DNA from: Asterionella formosa
Taxonomy: Eukaryota
Direction: 5' to 3'
Assembly: GCA_002256025.1 (NCBI GenBank)
Contig: NKIB01012745.1
Coordinates: forward strand, 1 to 64,000
DNA: 64,000 bases
Positions 12,601-25,044 of the stretch are shown in pieces; positions within the stretch are counted from its first letter, which is position 1, and each line of letters begins with the position of its first letter. The notes under the pieces are model-generated. The model saw only the letters and a list, made by a program, of their open reading frames with translations. It had not been told where the DNA came from and ran no database searches. The position numbers and the translations under genes are program-made.

Positions 12601-13237
12601 CTCTGGCTACCATTTCTTCGTGTCGTTTCAAGAGCTGATCCATACGAGCAGTTTCTTCAATTCGAACAGCTAAAGAGCAGTTGTCTGCGCGATAGAGTAA
12701 TGAATCCGACCCAACAAGCAACTGAAGTTCACGAAAATGCCATCGTAGGTACTCCTTATGTTCTGTAGGAAGCGAAACCGGTGCATAGTGCTCAGGAGGA
12801 TGCAACGGCAGAGTTGATAGCTCTTCGCCACAGTGACTCTTGTCGCTATCGACTCGTATATTGTCTAACATCGAAGTAATGACAGCGAGCGCTTCGTTGG
12901 GAGAAGAATTGTCAGGCAAAACGGACTGGGGTTTCTGCGACGGTCTTTGGCGCTTCCTATGAAATCTTGAAGGGGAACGTTGGACAGGAGCTTCATCTTC
13001 GAGATTAGCAGCATCGATCAAAAGCGTGCCACCCATATTATGGACAGCAACATAGACTCCTTGTCCAGTCAAGTAAGGAACCGAAAATAGCGACTTCACG
13101 GCTTGGCTGGGCCCAATGAAGTCCAGAGAATTTGATGTTGACTTGGGAGGTTGCTGTCCCTGACTTTCAGCGGTTTTCAAGTTGGATGGCGGGGTTGCAA
13201 CCACAGAAACAATACGGGTCGGTTGTTGGCAACTCAT
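9671..13237 (-). CDS. EDRF1: Erythroid differentiation-related factor 1 (EDRF1)-like protein, TPR-like C-terminus
   Basis: 1188-aa ORF with LLVGSD, LDVYLDNLMANVPQLALC, LLRFLKANCTRDNSTYLL, QLYDIS and LGDACNEIG, which are EDRF1-family motifs. Confidence 0.75.
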   Translation of the reverse strand: MSCQQPTRIVSVVATPPSNLKTAESQGQQPPKSTSNSLDFIGPSQAVKSLFSVPYLTGQGVYVAVHNMGGTLLIDAANLEDEAPVQRSPSRFHRKRQRPSQKPQSVLPDNSSPNEALAVITSMLDNIRVDSDKSHCGEELSTLPLHPPEHYAPVSLPTEHKEYLRWHFRELQLLVGSDSLLYRADNCSLAVRIEETARMDQLLKRHEEMVARGEFIADHQLAELQQAGKPSYASALSRKRVVSTTTSSASFTAPNLDQVQLQTCIVPPIRHPLGSMLSSQSSQISTPICTVLDVYLDNLMANVPQLALCLQEKGLIQSVKLMETKDIPSKLINAQTLDSNIAWSYIDTTLAGDPLFSPHIMEMNAATLLRFLKANCTRDNSTYLLRKDAGETNIQLYDISSISAQRQRKWIWWLSMMSYRFAHRLSQLARNPEEKASLKRDFRARQRSLLQNALNLLEDLADMDGGQHETLRSSVSENLADTFLNVEEDLSESKHKMDDMERPSAVASPPYANISVDALSKAQDHIVYGIKQLWPLLDEAKENQSKKRQEKPHVVNVQNEGCSSSDDEENDEMSSIETHCIASQLFGLHHKLINVSLRLAEHHLKNYWSSSAMQSLRTAARKIADAISLVELISNDSNEQERFEVSLKYQYTWLWEHCGHFARSFAADNLWRDRGHACGDDVISVLGDVEAAFGAVHLKNSCFHFVLDPALLSSKTKGLVSLRNCSSLVDESIISENYSTGTKYIEQSPAMTITSNLLDQQKTIQRDKRRVLVASCVCYSRCIDMFEVLLGKDVRYLPRHSENTDSMLEKNSSPPAALSLLRQRLGDACNEIGKILLDEMRFVLNREPTRLTDDGIHVVADILLFSAEFWFTEGLTTFNICNDSRNIALLRCNLCQCSKIRANSTFAKPKSNSDASSHAEVCLQCGAEHLQKAHEALCQRDIDPITWDMVSQELAATFLVLGVRRRQGLLGGGTTPVIMEALRINPGKERSIIDPMEKALHIYEELGNSHQAAAVHYQLALYYSKVWTCQRDEAKTRAKLASAFHHFSAAHSFFSHAPTGNEPTFVLLCLDLSNLYAVVSGEECLFKALSRCLDTANAFFVSDIPSPQWLEKMLTLASSVEEKVLKLLVSLVKIEKKVNNGGKYKEAYREALTQKMMREVHVNDAEQKGIGSLVSFHGMLKSIKDKLE

Positions 13238-13660
13238 GATGGTGAAGAAAATGAAAAGTTGATTGAATTGCTTTCTAGCCCTTTTCCGCTTTGGCTCTTC
13301 CGTGTCGCGACCGGATGCACCTTTTATCGGCTCCTTGCAATCGAATGCAAAATCCTAAATAGCAAATTGGACGGAAAGGCATATACCGGTGCTAGACCAC
13401 ACACAAATGCTTCCGATTGTGGACTTCCTGTTTCCAGGGAACTAGTACTGGTACCCCTAGTACCTCGTCGATGATGAAGAAAGTTGAGCCAGTTATTGCT
13501 TCTATAGAGCTCTTTCAAAGTAAGCAAGCATCAGACACGGATAAAATGTACTCTTATTTGTACTGAGTACCAGGTACTGGTATATGCTGGCATATCTGTA
13601 ACGGAAATGTATTATGCCTGGTACCAGGTAGTACCTGGTACCAGGTACCAGGTGACCAGG

Positions 13661-14099
13661 TGTCAAGATTTAGTACATGTACTGCGTGCATACCAGCTCA
13701 GTCGAACAAATCTATCTTGAATAATATTCCAGCCAAAATCCTGTTTTGAAATGCTGTGAGAATTTGAACAGCATTGATTGCCAAGAACTATATCAGCAAA
13801 CCAAGGTAAATATTCGAATGGAGAATGTTCTAAGTAATCAATATTTCAATGAAGGAAAGGTATATATGCAATGCAGATAGCATTGAATGTTCACAATTGT
13901 TCTACTACTAGCTAAGTGAGTGGAGTTGAGTTGTCAGTTGAGAATTGAATGTCTAACAACACAATGAATATCTATAAACAAACTTGAGAAGAGAACCTTA
14001 ATAATTGGTCATGTGAACGATTAAAAGATAAATCAAATAAGCTCACAATAAGGTGGAATTAGAACAGAAGTTTTAATACACTGAGCTTGTCTAGAAAGA
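13661..14099 (+). repeat. ~440-bp dispersed repeat, copy A (unclassified TE end; starts TGTCAAGA)
   Basis: Aligns by eye along its whole length with the reverse complement of 48846-49283 (shared AACAGCATTGATTGCCAAGAAC, AAACCAAGGTAAATATTCGAATGGAGAATGTTCTAAG, CAAATAAGCTCACAATAAGG). Confidence 0.85.
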
Positions 14100-17000
14100 G
14101 CTAGCATTGCAGTCAGACTATAGAAGAATTTAACAACCAGGAACCGTACTAAGAATTTGTAGTACCTGCTACATCATACCATTACACAAACTGTCTAGAT
14201 ACACCATTACAAATAATATCATATGTACATACACACTCTACAACAATAGATGCTGTTGAAGTTGCTTTGATGATGATTTTACTTAACGCGCGCCAGAAGC
14301 AGTTTTAGAAACCTGCAATGTAATACCGGTACTCCATAGAAGAATGGCTGAAATAGGCAGGTATACACAGCCAGAGGTATGGCCATGGTAGATCTGGTAT
14401 GCAATTCTTTGCTTTCAGTTGGATGTATACATTCCATCATGTCATTGCGCTTGCTTCATTCCTTCCAACAATGATGATGAATATCTCCAGATCTGCTTTA
14501 ACTCTCACATGCACCAATAACCATTGCATCTGACCATCATGAGCCATAGGTATATCAATGCACCTTTTACATTGACTTTTTTCTAGCAGGCTGCCATAAT
14601 CAAGTATGCACTTCACGGCCAATGGCCACCAGCAGTGCAATTGCAGTTATACATACATCTGAAATATACAATTGAGGATGTAGCATAGTTGTTTAATTTG
14701 GCTACATGATGAGTGGGGTGGTCAACAAAGTACTCCTCTCATGAGTTCTGGAGATTCCAGATGGCCAACAAGTGTAGTAGCTATACAGGCATTCCTTCCA
14801 AAATTGGAAGCATCACGATTTCTTCTTTGTTATAAACAAGTTAGAAGTCGCTCCTACCCTCCCTTTGCAGTTGAGAGTGTCATCATGGGAGCAAGAGTGT
14901 CATATAGACAAAGCTTTCTGTTAGCAACCAGTCAGAGCAAGCTATTCTTATCAACAAATAGTTCTGAATAAGAAATTATAATGGTAAATGTTGCTATCAA
15001 CAACTGCAACGCAGATGGATTGAATGAGCTAAAAAGCAAACAAGTAAGGAGCAGTCAATTATAACAAGTCCTCCTGAACATCACCAGATGAAGACAATGC
15101 TGATATTTGTTGGGATCCCAAAGATTCTAACAAGTAATTTTCTCCAACAAAGAATGTACATGGGATGGTGCAGATGTCTGTCAAATTATCCTTGAAATAA
15201 TAGAGATTATGAGCACGTTAAAAATCATTGTAACAACTCGAGAAAAGGGGGTTTATGGTGGTGACTTGAATATTTCGGTTTGAAAATCACTTTTAAAATG
15301 ATTGGAAAGACCTCATAGTTACGCATGGCTCTTCATAGTATGGTCTGACAAAAAGACCTGTGCTTCCCTAGCTTTGCTAGCGCAGGTGATTCCCAATTGT
15401 CTAGCCGCAACCTACCTGCAGTCTAGTAGTCTAGCTGCTCACTATTGTAATGAACCAACAACACAAATCAGTTTGTGCATAAATGACATTTGATACTTCT
15501 TATTTCCTGTCGCTGAACTAACCCCAGTGCAAAATTTTTGTCCAAGAACAATCTATACTAAAACCTTTCTGGCTATTGTACAATTATTACACACAAGATA
15601 TGACTTCTAAAAAGGCAATTCATCGTAATGATCAAAGCCACTCCTGTAGTCGACAGGAAAGTGAATGAGGGCGAAATTAATTTATTCTCACTGATGACGA
15701 CTCTCCTAAACAAAAAAATTACAAACAATCGACTATCAAACAAAAAACCACCAAATCCTAACAGTCTGGCCAAAATCAAGAGAACAAATCACAGATCTAA
15801 AAACTCAAGCAGTCTTATCATTCATATCTACATTCAACGTCTGCAAATTGAAAGGATCATATTTACAAGATCACAGGTACCATTCACTAACTGGCACAGA
15901 ATTGCTCGCCACATGATACTTATTCCGTTATATGGATGATAAATGCATAATATAAGTATATGATATAATGTCAAGCATATAAATAATACACAACAAACCA
16001 TATAATTATCGAAAAATTATCATATTATGTAGTAAATTCTTTCATCATATATCTACCTTAACATGATCGTAATTCTAATCTTTCAAATATGGTGAAATAG
16101 AATGTATGTTTACTCTAATTAGAAATCATTAATATCTTTCAACCTGCTAACCGCCTTTTCGCCATTTTTACATGCCGCCTTTTCTTATTCTTTGATTCCT
16201 GATGCATGATGGCGACGCCTCTCGTTGACTGAGCCTTTCCCTTGCTTCCTAAACTTCTCACGTCGATGGCAGAAAAACCAACTGTACAAATTTTCACTCA
16301 ACTTTTCAAGAAATTGTTTGCAAATCACTCATCTACCTTTTTCTACTTGCCCTCACATCAATTTTTGCAAACTTGTCTTCTTGCCTCAGTTTTACATTTT
16401 CTTTGCTTGCCCCTTTGCTTTTCCATTTGTCCTACCGAAATAAGATGCCGATCCATTTACAATTCGTTTTGATATCCCAATCATAGTGACAATTAGAAGC
16501 AGCAAGTTGTTTGTTATGTTTTGCTCGTTTATACCACAACAAGCGCTTCCTATTCAGGATTGAATTTTACCAATTATTGATTTATTTGAAATTGTGTTGT
16601 TGCGTCACTTCAGTGTTTCTTGTCATGTGGCTGACTTGATCTGCCTTTCATTTCAGGATTTTATGCATGACAAGGAACATTTGAACATGATTTTAAATGT
16701 GTTAGCCATGAAAAAATTTATACAATTTGTAACAAATTAATATATATATACAGTTGAACACTTTCATAGTTCAAAGACACACTGGTGTGGTGCATCGCAC
16801 ATCATATGTATACTAACTTACGCTTATACATAATTCAAATATACACAAGCAATGCATGAGGATATCATTGTTTTCCACGACCTGACGCACTGTTTTTGGA
16901 ATTTTTGGATATTTTCAGATCAATTTTTGTACCTACAAGTCAGTGAATTAATTAAGCCCCTCAATTAGCTAGCGGGAGTCATACAACATTTTTCATATGT

Positions 17001-19880
17001 ATGGTATAAATCATATAATAATTAGATGATTCATTTTCTTATATAATTGACACCTTTAATCATATGAAAAATATACTTGGATCAAATGTGTACGAGGATA
17101 TATGAATCAAATTTTTTCAATTACAGTTCTGGTTAGAAATGATTGCCAAAAATATTAGATCACGGATGACAATATTTAGCTCCTTTGATCTTCCTTTTAA
17201 CATCAATATATCCTATGACTTAGTACAATAAATTTTGATCATTCATTTTTTACATTTATGACATCATTTATCAGATGATGAATTTGGTTTTATCGAATGT
17301 ATAGGATATGAAAACAAAATTATCCATATAGTCCAGGTATGCATACATAGCCTCCATCACCTAATGATACCAATGCTGGCGGGTTGTTTCTACGTGATCA
17401 AGTTATTGCCTAGTCTCTATCACCTAAAGATGCTGGGTTGTTTCTATTTGATCGTGTTATTTAGCCTAGTCTCCATCATCGACAGATACCAACAATGTTG
17501 GGTTGTTTCTTCATGATCGTGTTATTTCCTAGTCTCCATCACCTATAGATACCAATGCTGGGTTATTTCTATGTGATCATATTACTAATTGATACCTACC
17601 TATAAATAGTAGTTGTAGGTTGTATCAATGTGACCATGATATTGGTGTTCCAGCAATAGTTGTTTCCATGTCAATGTAACAATCACATCATTGTTGGTCT
17701 GGCAATTGTTTCCATGTGAATGTTATCATAAAATTATCTCTGTTTCTACCGATTTTCGTTTGTGTTGAGCTCACAAATCATCATGGAGAACGAGCTTTTT
17801 GATCATCAAAGCGACAAGGAATGGAACGCAAAGACGTTTTGCGCCCACCAGACAACCTCTCCTTCGTTGCTGAGGCTGGTCATCTGCTCCTGTATTTCCA
17901 AAGAACATTACTAAGGTCCCTTTTTTCGTGGACAACAATGTGACAAATCGATTTTCAGTGGGCGCAAGAAGACATAGAGAAGGAGCTGGAAAATCGTGTG
18001 CGTGATGAATGAAGTGACACAACGGATCGATTAGATTTGTTCAGGAGGAAAAGGATGATACAAAGTGGAGGACATGACAACAGGGTCTAGAATATTGAAT
18101 TTGATAAATGAATAATCTTGGTGTCATCGAAGCATCCTCCACATTGATGACCTTGGATGAGATGGAATCAAAGGCTTCTTGTACACAATATACAAGATGG
18201 TGTCTTTTGCAAGTCTACAATCAATAAAGATAAGCAGCCCCCACCATTCTTTGAAGCCAATTCAGATGCCATGAACGCTTTCGAGCAATTTCGATTCCCT
18301 AATCCTCCATTTGCTTTATTTACGTATTTCCTTGGGTACTGGGTGGTGAGGTAGACAACAAGCAGGTCTAAGGCCCTCTGGGGGGCAAAGTACAACTTCA
18401 CAACCTCCATGATTGTCTAGTTTAAAAAAATTGCGTACTATAAAATTTACTTAATAATTCTTTTATACTTAAAATTTTATCTATGTTCAAATCAGTCTTT
18501 TTATCAGACAATCATTGATTTCTTCTTGGCTGTGTCTACGTTGAAAACAGAGTGACTGATGATGATGAACAAAGAAAACCCATTGCTTTCGCTGGCACAT
18601 CATGAAAACAATGCATATAATACCAGTAGTTGCATATGCATAGTCCAAAAAGGGCCTATTTAATTTATAACAATAATTACAATAAATTTAAGATAACATA
18701 TTGAAATTATATGATCACATCAGCATAAGATGCATCACAAAACAAGATGTTTTCTTTTGCAGACGAAGATTGTATTCTCAGTGAAGGCAGGGGTTACTTA
18801 AGAGTCCTAATAGTAGCAACAGGTGGTATTTTGAAAAGCAAAAGTCAAACAGAAGTCACTAACTGAACCAATTAAAAGCTTCAAGACTCTGGACAAACAT
18901 CATTGAATAAGAGAAAAACTAAAGGAATGTTGAGAACACTTCAGTTAACACGCATCATATAAAGCAACCATCAGTGGAAGTACACATTGCAAACTACCAT
19001 TACCCAAAGCAAAATGTAACATGATAATTGTGATTTCAAAAACCGGAAAATGCTCCACCAGCAACTCCTGCAGGATGCGAATCAAACCAGGCCTTCTTGA
19101 ATTGCTCCAGATTTAACTACATGAAGAAATCAGAAAATCAAAAGTGAAACCAGCAAATGATTTGAAGAAAACAAAGTCACACCACTCTTTACTTAATATT
19201 TGTGCAATCAAAGCTAAATCACCAACACAACGCAAACCACCTCATGTGGCTGCAAACAACATGAATCATGGTAAGCACGGTTGTTCAAGACTAGTAATGA
19301 CACCAACAAATACAGTTTAACCAACAGACTCCTTTTTCTTGGAATATTGCAAATAGGACGGGAGATTTCTTTGTAGGCAAGCCCACAAAAGCTATCAAGA
19401 ATTGTTTTAAATGCCTTCTCTTGAGAACATTTATCCCACAATACTCCCATGCTACACTGAAACAGGTGGTATCATGTAAGTTGGGTGATCCTTGTCACAA
19501 ATGTCAAAGTGGATTTTTAAGTTTTCTAAAATGATATTATTTCTAGACTATCTCCAGACTAATATAGCACCATCAGGTAGTCTCCCTAAAACTATTTTAC
19601 CAGTAGCTGAAATACATGGTAATGTTTCCAGGTACTGGTATAGTCTTTGGATCATCACAAGAAAAATGGACAATCTGCTGCAGAAAGCAACAGAATTTGT
19701 TGACTCAAAACATTGATGCTCACGGCAATCAACCTGATCACACACCCCTCTGCATCTACATCTCCTGGTATCCACACCAATTAGTGCTAAACTTAGGCCA
19801 CATCATCCAAGCTATTTACAACCTTCCCCTTCCCTAGTTACTCGAGTTTTGCGACATTGCACGAACGCTGCAATTATCCT
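14100..19880. other. Gene-free, AT-rich region of degenerate transposon-like debris (unclassified)
   Basis: Only short stop-riddled ORFs and no spliceable gene. Fragments near 17770-18410 and 19200-19880 look like decayed TE coding sequence, but the family cannot be assigned by eye. Confidence 0.5.
17348..17600. repeat. Degenerate minisatellite, about 4 units of 56-63 bp
   Basis: Unit approx. TAGTCTCCATCACCTA-AGATACCAATGCTGGGTTGTTTCTA-GTGATC-TGTTATT-CC, followed by further decayed units to about 17730. Confidence 0.85.
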
Positions 19881-19894
19881 CAGTTCCCCCCCAG

Positions 19895-22800
19895 TTAGGT
19901 TAGTCCCGCATTTATGGGCTTGGCCAACTGCATCAATCCTCCTTCGCTTACAGGGAGCCGACGCTTCTCCTGTAAGTCAGCTTCATCTTCGGCTGCTTCC
20001 CGTTCAGCAATCGCTTTCTTTCTAGCTTCCGCCTCTCGGTAATCCTGTGCAATTCTTTCATCGAACTCCTTTCGCTCTTGCGCTCGATTCTTTGAAGCAA
20101 GCTCCGGCGAAAAAGGTTCTACCAGCTTCTTTGTGACCTTGGGAGTGATTGGTTTATAATTTTGAGTTTGGGAGAGGCCTTGCCTTCGGCGTGGAAAGTG
20201 TGCGGCGTTCGCTTTCCAATGACATTCGCTCACGCCTTTCCTTCTCGCAAAAATTATCATGAAGGATAAGGCTCTTTAACCGGAACGGTTGAGCGCTCGT
20301 CAAAGGCCTTTGCGATTGAATCTTTTGCGGAGGTGGAGTGAGTTTAAGAGGTCTTGCATGAAAGGATCGCAAGCATTTCTCAGCTTCTAACTCAGTCTGA
20401 CGCTTTATTTCCAACCGATGCTGAGAGATTCCGTGGCGTAGTGTGCTTGACAGCTGAAATGGTTTTGCTTCAGTTGGTGTTGTTGGTGAGAACATATGAG
20501 CATTGGCCATTTCTTGTAGATGCTTTTCATGTTGTTTTCTCAATTTCATCCGTTCTTTTTGTTTTGTGATCATTTCTGCGTTTTTCCTCGACGCTTCTTT
20601 CGACGCCATGCGTATCTCAGTTCTACCGGAAGTCGCCAACCTTGGGGGTTGACTGATTGGATTCGCCTTAGTTACAATTGTCATAGGAACGCCGTCTGCG
20701 TTTAGCCTTTGTGGCGGACCCACGAATGTTGAACGTGGAAGCGGAATCGCCCTGAACTGTTTATTCATCTCAATTTCGTCTGGTGTGGCTTGGCGAGGCT
20801 GCGCCTTCAGTCTTCTTTCGTCGGTTGCCAATCGAAATGGTTCTGGGGTAGTTACCACTTTTGGTCTGACAGCCTCTGGATTCGAATTAGAGCGATACGA
20901 CAAATCAGGTAGAGGTCGAGCATGAAACTGCTTTTTACATTCTTCCAAATCAACCTTTGATCGATATTCCTCAGTCGCTGCAAGGGATGCCTTCGACAAA
21001 GTAGCACGTTGGTCACATTTTAGGTGAAAAGGCTCTGCGATTGTAAGCTTCCTTTTCTTTGCCTTCGGAACACCAACGTCACCTTTGCTAGAACTCAACG
21101 AAATTTTCATTTGCGAAGCCTTAAATGGGTGCGTATTGTAGTACTCCATCATCTCTTCCTCTTTCTCCGATGTACTCTTGGGCACTGCTCGTTTCGGAAG
21201 AGGTGTAAAATTCGGAGACTTTGGGATTGTAAGAGTCATTTCGCGATCCAAGCTCGTAACCGGTATGTCCTCGCGTAAGCCTTTTTCCCAGAAATAATTC
21301 ATACTTTCCGCAAGACTTCGCTCTTCCTTGTCTTTTGACGGAGCTATTCTTGTTACCTTGGATTCGTGGAAATTGAAAGGCTCTGGCGTAGTGAGGTTGA
21401 GGTTGGTAGTGGTGTTCATGATGTTCGAGATTACATTCTCTGGCACTTTCGGTTTTTCTTTCCAGTGAGTAGGAGGTGGTTTATTTCCATATTTTGCTTG
21501 CGTTGACAGTTTTGGAGACCTTGGCACTGTGAGAGACCTCGTCTCACTTACAACGCGAACAGGAGTTTTTCCGGAGGACGAATTTTTCTCATAAATTGAT
21601 GGAGTGATCTTTTCGCCGTACTTTGTACTCATCGACAGCCGTGGCCCCTTCGGTATAGTAACATGATTTTTAGACAATCTACTAGTTGAAGATTCACGAG
21701 TTGATGTTGCAGGGACTTCATCACTCGGAGGAACAAACTTTCTTGTTGAAGGGTTCGATTTCAAATTTCCTTCTACTTTCTCACCACTTGTAGAGTATGC
21801 CCCCATCGCTCGAGAAGACTTCGCTACTGGCTTAACACGTTCGCTGATTACCATGCGTCGCAATTTTCCTTCGGCCTCGTTTGCCCCATCCCGCAATTGC
21901 TGCTGTTTTACACGCTCACGAGCACGGGCCCGCCCTTCATCAGCACTTATTGCCTTGTCACGTACGCTAGTTTTAGTGGATACGGCATGCCGCTCGGCGA
22001 AGTCGTCTGATTGAGATTGCTTCTGTTTTTCTAGCAGCTGATGTTGCCTGATTCTGGATCGAGCCTTTGCAATTTCGTCGTCGGAATTGAAAAGTGGCTT
22101 TTCTCTTGATATCACCGCAACTTCCTTGATACTTGTCGAACTAGAAGTCAAACTGTTCGAGACAGGAGTCGAAACAATTTTCCTTTGCTGAAGCGGCTGT
22201 GTTTTGGGTACTGGTACGACAGGGATGTTTGTGTGTGTGGTCGGTAACGATGAAGACCCACCTGATGGCCTGGAAACAGAGAGTTTCACATTTGGAGGTT
22301 TTACTTGACGTTTTTGAGTGTTGAAACTACTTGGAACTTTTCGGGCAATGCTCTCCCCTTTTTCAGGAACAACTGAGAGGATAGGAGGTCTCGCATTCGG
22401 AAGGAATGCTCTGTCCTCAGAAATCTTATCCTCCAGTGATCGTAGCAGAAAAGCATTATGTTTGATGAGACTGCATTGTGTTGTCCCCTTCACATTTACA
22501 TCTGGACACAGTGTAGAGACTTCCGAATCACCTTTGGGTGCCAGACTTATCGGGACACTTTCGTCGGCAAATGATGCAGCTAAAGCGCTAAACCGGGGAG
22601 ATGCGTCTTCATTCGATTGCTTTGTTGAATCAATAAGTCTTTCGTCAAAAGACGCCTGTCGTTCAGAACTACGGGGCGTAACATGCCCATTCACATGAAT
22701 ATTGGGCGGCGTTCTTGCTGGCGAGGGATTTGTTTTCGACCATGATTCCTGAGTCCTCGGAGATAGTGCTTTTGCTGGAGTGTTTGAAGTTGAAGGAATT

Positions 22801-23891
22801 ATTTGAAACTTTGGTTTTGATAGCCGATCATAAAAATCCTCCTTCTGAGCGGTATGGCTTGGACCATTGCTTGCTGGTGAGCTTTTATGTGACTTCGACA
22901 GTGATTCGGCCGTCATTTCTACCGACAAAGACGGCGTAAAAGCCTGATGAACAAGCGCTGATTCCCGAGGAGACGCCGTTCGCGGAATTTTCATGGGGAA
23001 GACTGTATCATCTAATTTTCTCAATAGGGTCTGTTTCTTTTCCGATCTTGTCGACGTGGGGTCTGATGTTGACTCAGTAGAGGGCTCGATATCTGAAAGA
23101 AAAGATTCATCTACTCCTCGTGTATTTGACATATACGGCGGTGTGGCCTGAGGAGCTGGATCAGCAGCTTGAACTAATTGATGAGATCCACTGCCGAATG
23201 GAGTTTCTACTGAACCCTCCCGTTTTGTGTCTAAGCGCGACTCAAGCTCCTCTTGTTTACTACTCGAAGGAGAAGTCACTACTTCTGAAGTTTGGACTTC
23301 TTGAGGCATTCTAACCATGGAAGTGGTTTCAATTGATTTTTCTCCTTGCGTGCTTCGAACCCAAGTGTCTAATACCAACTCAGGCTCCTCATGGTGCTTC
23401 GTGGCAGACGCGAACTCTTCATCAGCCAATAGTAGTTCATTTCCTTGGAGCTGTGCAAATGCAGAGATCGTGAACAGCTCTTCTGACTGATCATCCATAT
23501 GAGGAGTTGATTTCGACGGACTGGTAATAGAAATTCCAGAAATATTCATTTTAGTGGGCGAAATCATCACATCGCTCTTGGGAGAAAACATCTGAGCCCC
23601 TTTGAATTTACCCATAACTTCGTCCCGTAATAGTCGATCGTCGTCATCTTCGAGCATATTATTGTACTTTGGAGTTGTACTGTCATCATCGTCGCAGATT
23701 GTTGATGACCTTGAAGGGGAATCCAAATGCCCCCGCAAGCTCATCTGAGTTGCTCGTAGCGTTGCCTTGGCTTCATCGATGAAGGCAGCTAATGAATCCG
23801 GAACAAAGTCCTCCGTTTCAGTAGAGAGAAAGTCTTCAAAGGTTTCTTGCCCTTCCAACTTGTCGCAAAACAGCGAGGCGAAAGAATCCAT
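19895..23891 (-). CDS. TPX2: TPX2-like microtubule-associated protein; C-terminal end lies in a second frame (apparent 1-bp frameshift near 20160)
   Basis: Repeated TPX2-type motifs LTVPRSPKL, TTPEPFNF, LTIPKSPNF, HPFKA, LTIAEPFHL, FHARPLP, TTPEPFRLATDER. ORF 19895-20260 supplies the terminal VEPFSPELASKNRAQERKEFDERI. Confidence 0.75.
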
Positions 23892-25044
23892 CGTTGCTTA
23901 GAGTATTGTGAGTAAAAGTAAAAAATATGCTGATCGCAACGCCACAATCGATCCTGGTTGGTAGCAATGCTATCCTTCGGATGATTGCGACGAAAGCAAT
24001 GCTCGATTCGTGATGATTTCCCGTCAAAGTCTTAGGTTCATTTATATTCAATACGAAATATACGGTTTACAATAGAGTATATAATGATACCTATGTATGA
24101 CCTATTGACACAATACCACCAGATGCTGGGTACCAGGTACCAGTACCAGGTACCTGGTACCCTGGTCCTGGTACCACCCAGGTAGACTGCTTGCTAGCCA
24201 AGAATGCTGGTTCACTCCTTAGCATCATGGCGTTCATGTTTGCGTACCGGTACGATGTCTACATATTCATTTGGATGCACAGACCGATGTACAAAGAAGA
24301 AGATTTTTTCAACGGCTGCTTTTTCAAAGGTTGCTATGCCATGTATGCTACATACCGGTATACCGGTACCAGATACCAAGGGTACCCTGGTAGCATTCAT
24401 CAAACTACTTACGGTACCTGGTACCAGGTACTGGTATATACGCCTGTTTTATTTACCGCTAGACTAAGACATACCGGTAGTATTATCTCTTATCACTATT
24501 ATACTGCGGTATGATTCCTAGTATCCTCAGCTTTTGAAACCAGGAACTACCGGTAGGTAATCTAGTGACCGGTATTGCATTGCTCATCAATCTTTACTGC
24601 TTGCTTTCAATTCGTCTACCGGTACATTCTACATACCGGTAGTCTTCTATACAGTTCTTTGGGATCATGAACTGCTAGACGAGGCTAGCACGTGCAAAGT
24701 GGTCGTATTACCCGGGACAGGACCTGGTACCAGGGGTACCAGGCAGTTTTACCAAGTGGTATACCGGGATACCAGATACGATTGATATCGAGAAGGATAC
24801 CAGTGTACATGTATATAATGTATGTAGGGTTCGGATTTTGTTTTCTCCCGTGCGTCGTTAATTAATACCGGGTAATTAGCTAATACAGTACCAGGTACCG
24901 TCGGATTTTCTTGCTTTTTCGGCGTAATAACTTCACGAGCGAACTACCACAATTTGAAAGAAAAAGCGACCACATGCATGAGGTGTCAAATGCATGTCAT
25001 AATAATGTTGGAATCGACCTAATAGCAAGAAAAGAAACAGCCTG

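Noticed and set aside
14230..15300. Ty1/copia pol remnant next to the TG-starting repeat
   Set aside because: No RT, RNase H or integrase motif could be read convincingly in any frame; left unclassified.
17348..17600. CRISPR-like repeat array
   Set aside because: Units are contiguous degenerate tandem repeats without unique spacers; no cas genes; eukaryotic context.
17771..18410. PIF/Harbinger transposase fragment
   Set aside because: Only a vague resemblance (…GTLVMFFG…) and no catalytic motif; the opposite strand gives an equally vague alternative.
24191..24514. Short ORFs rich in Y/R/T/G/P/V/W (also 27677-27931, 40315-40593, 49489-49878, 52265-52582)
   Set aside because: Their composition is simply the translation of TACCGGTA/TACCAGGTA footprint words.
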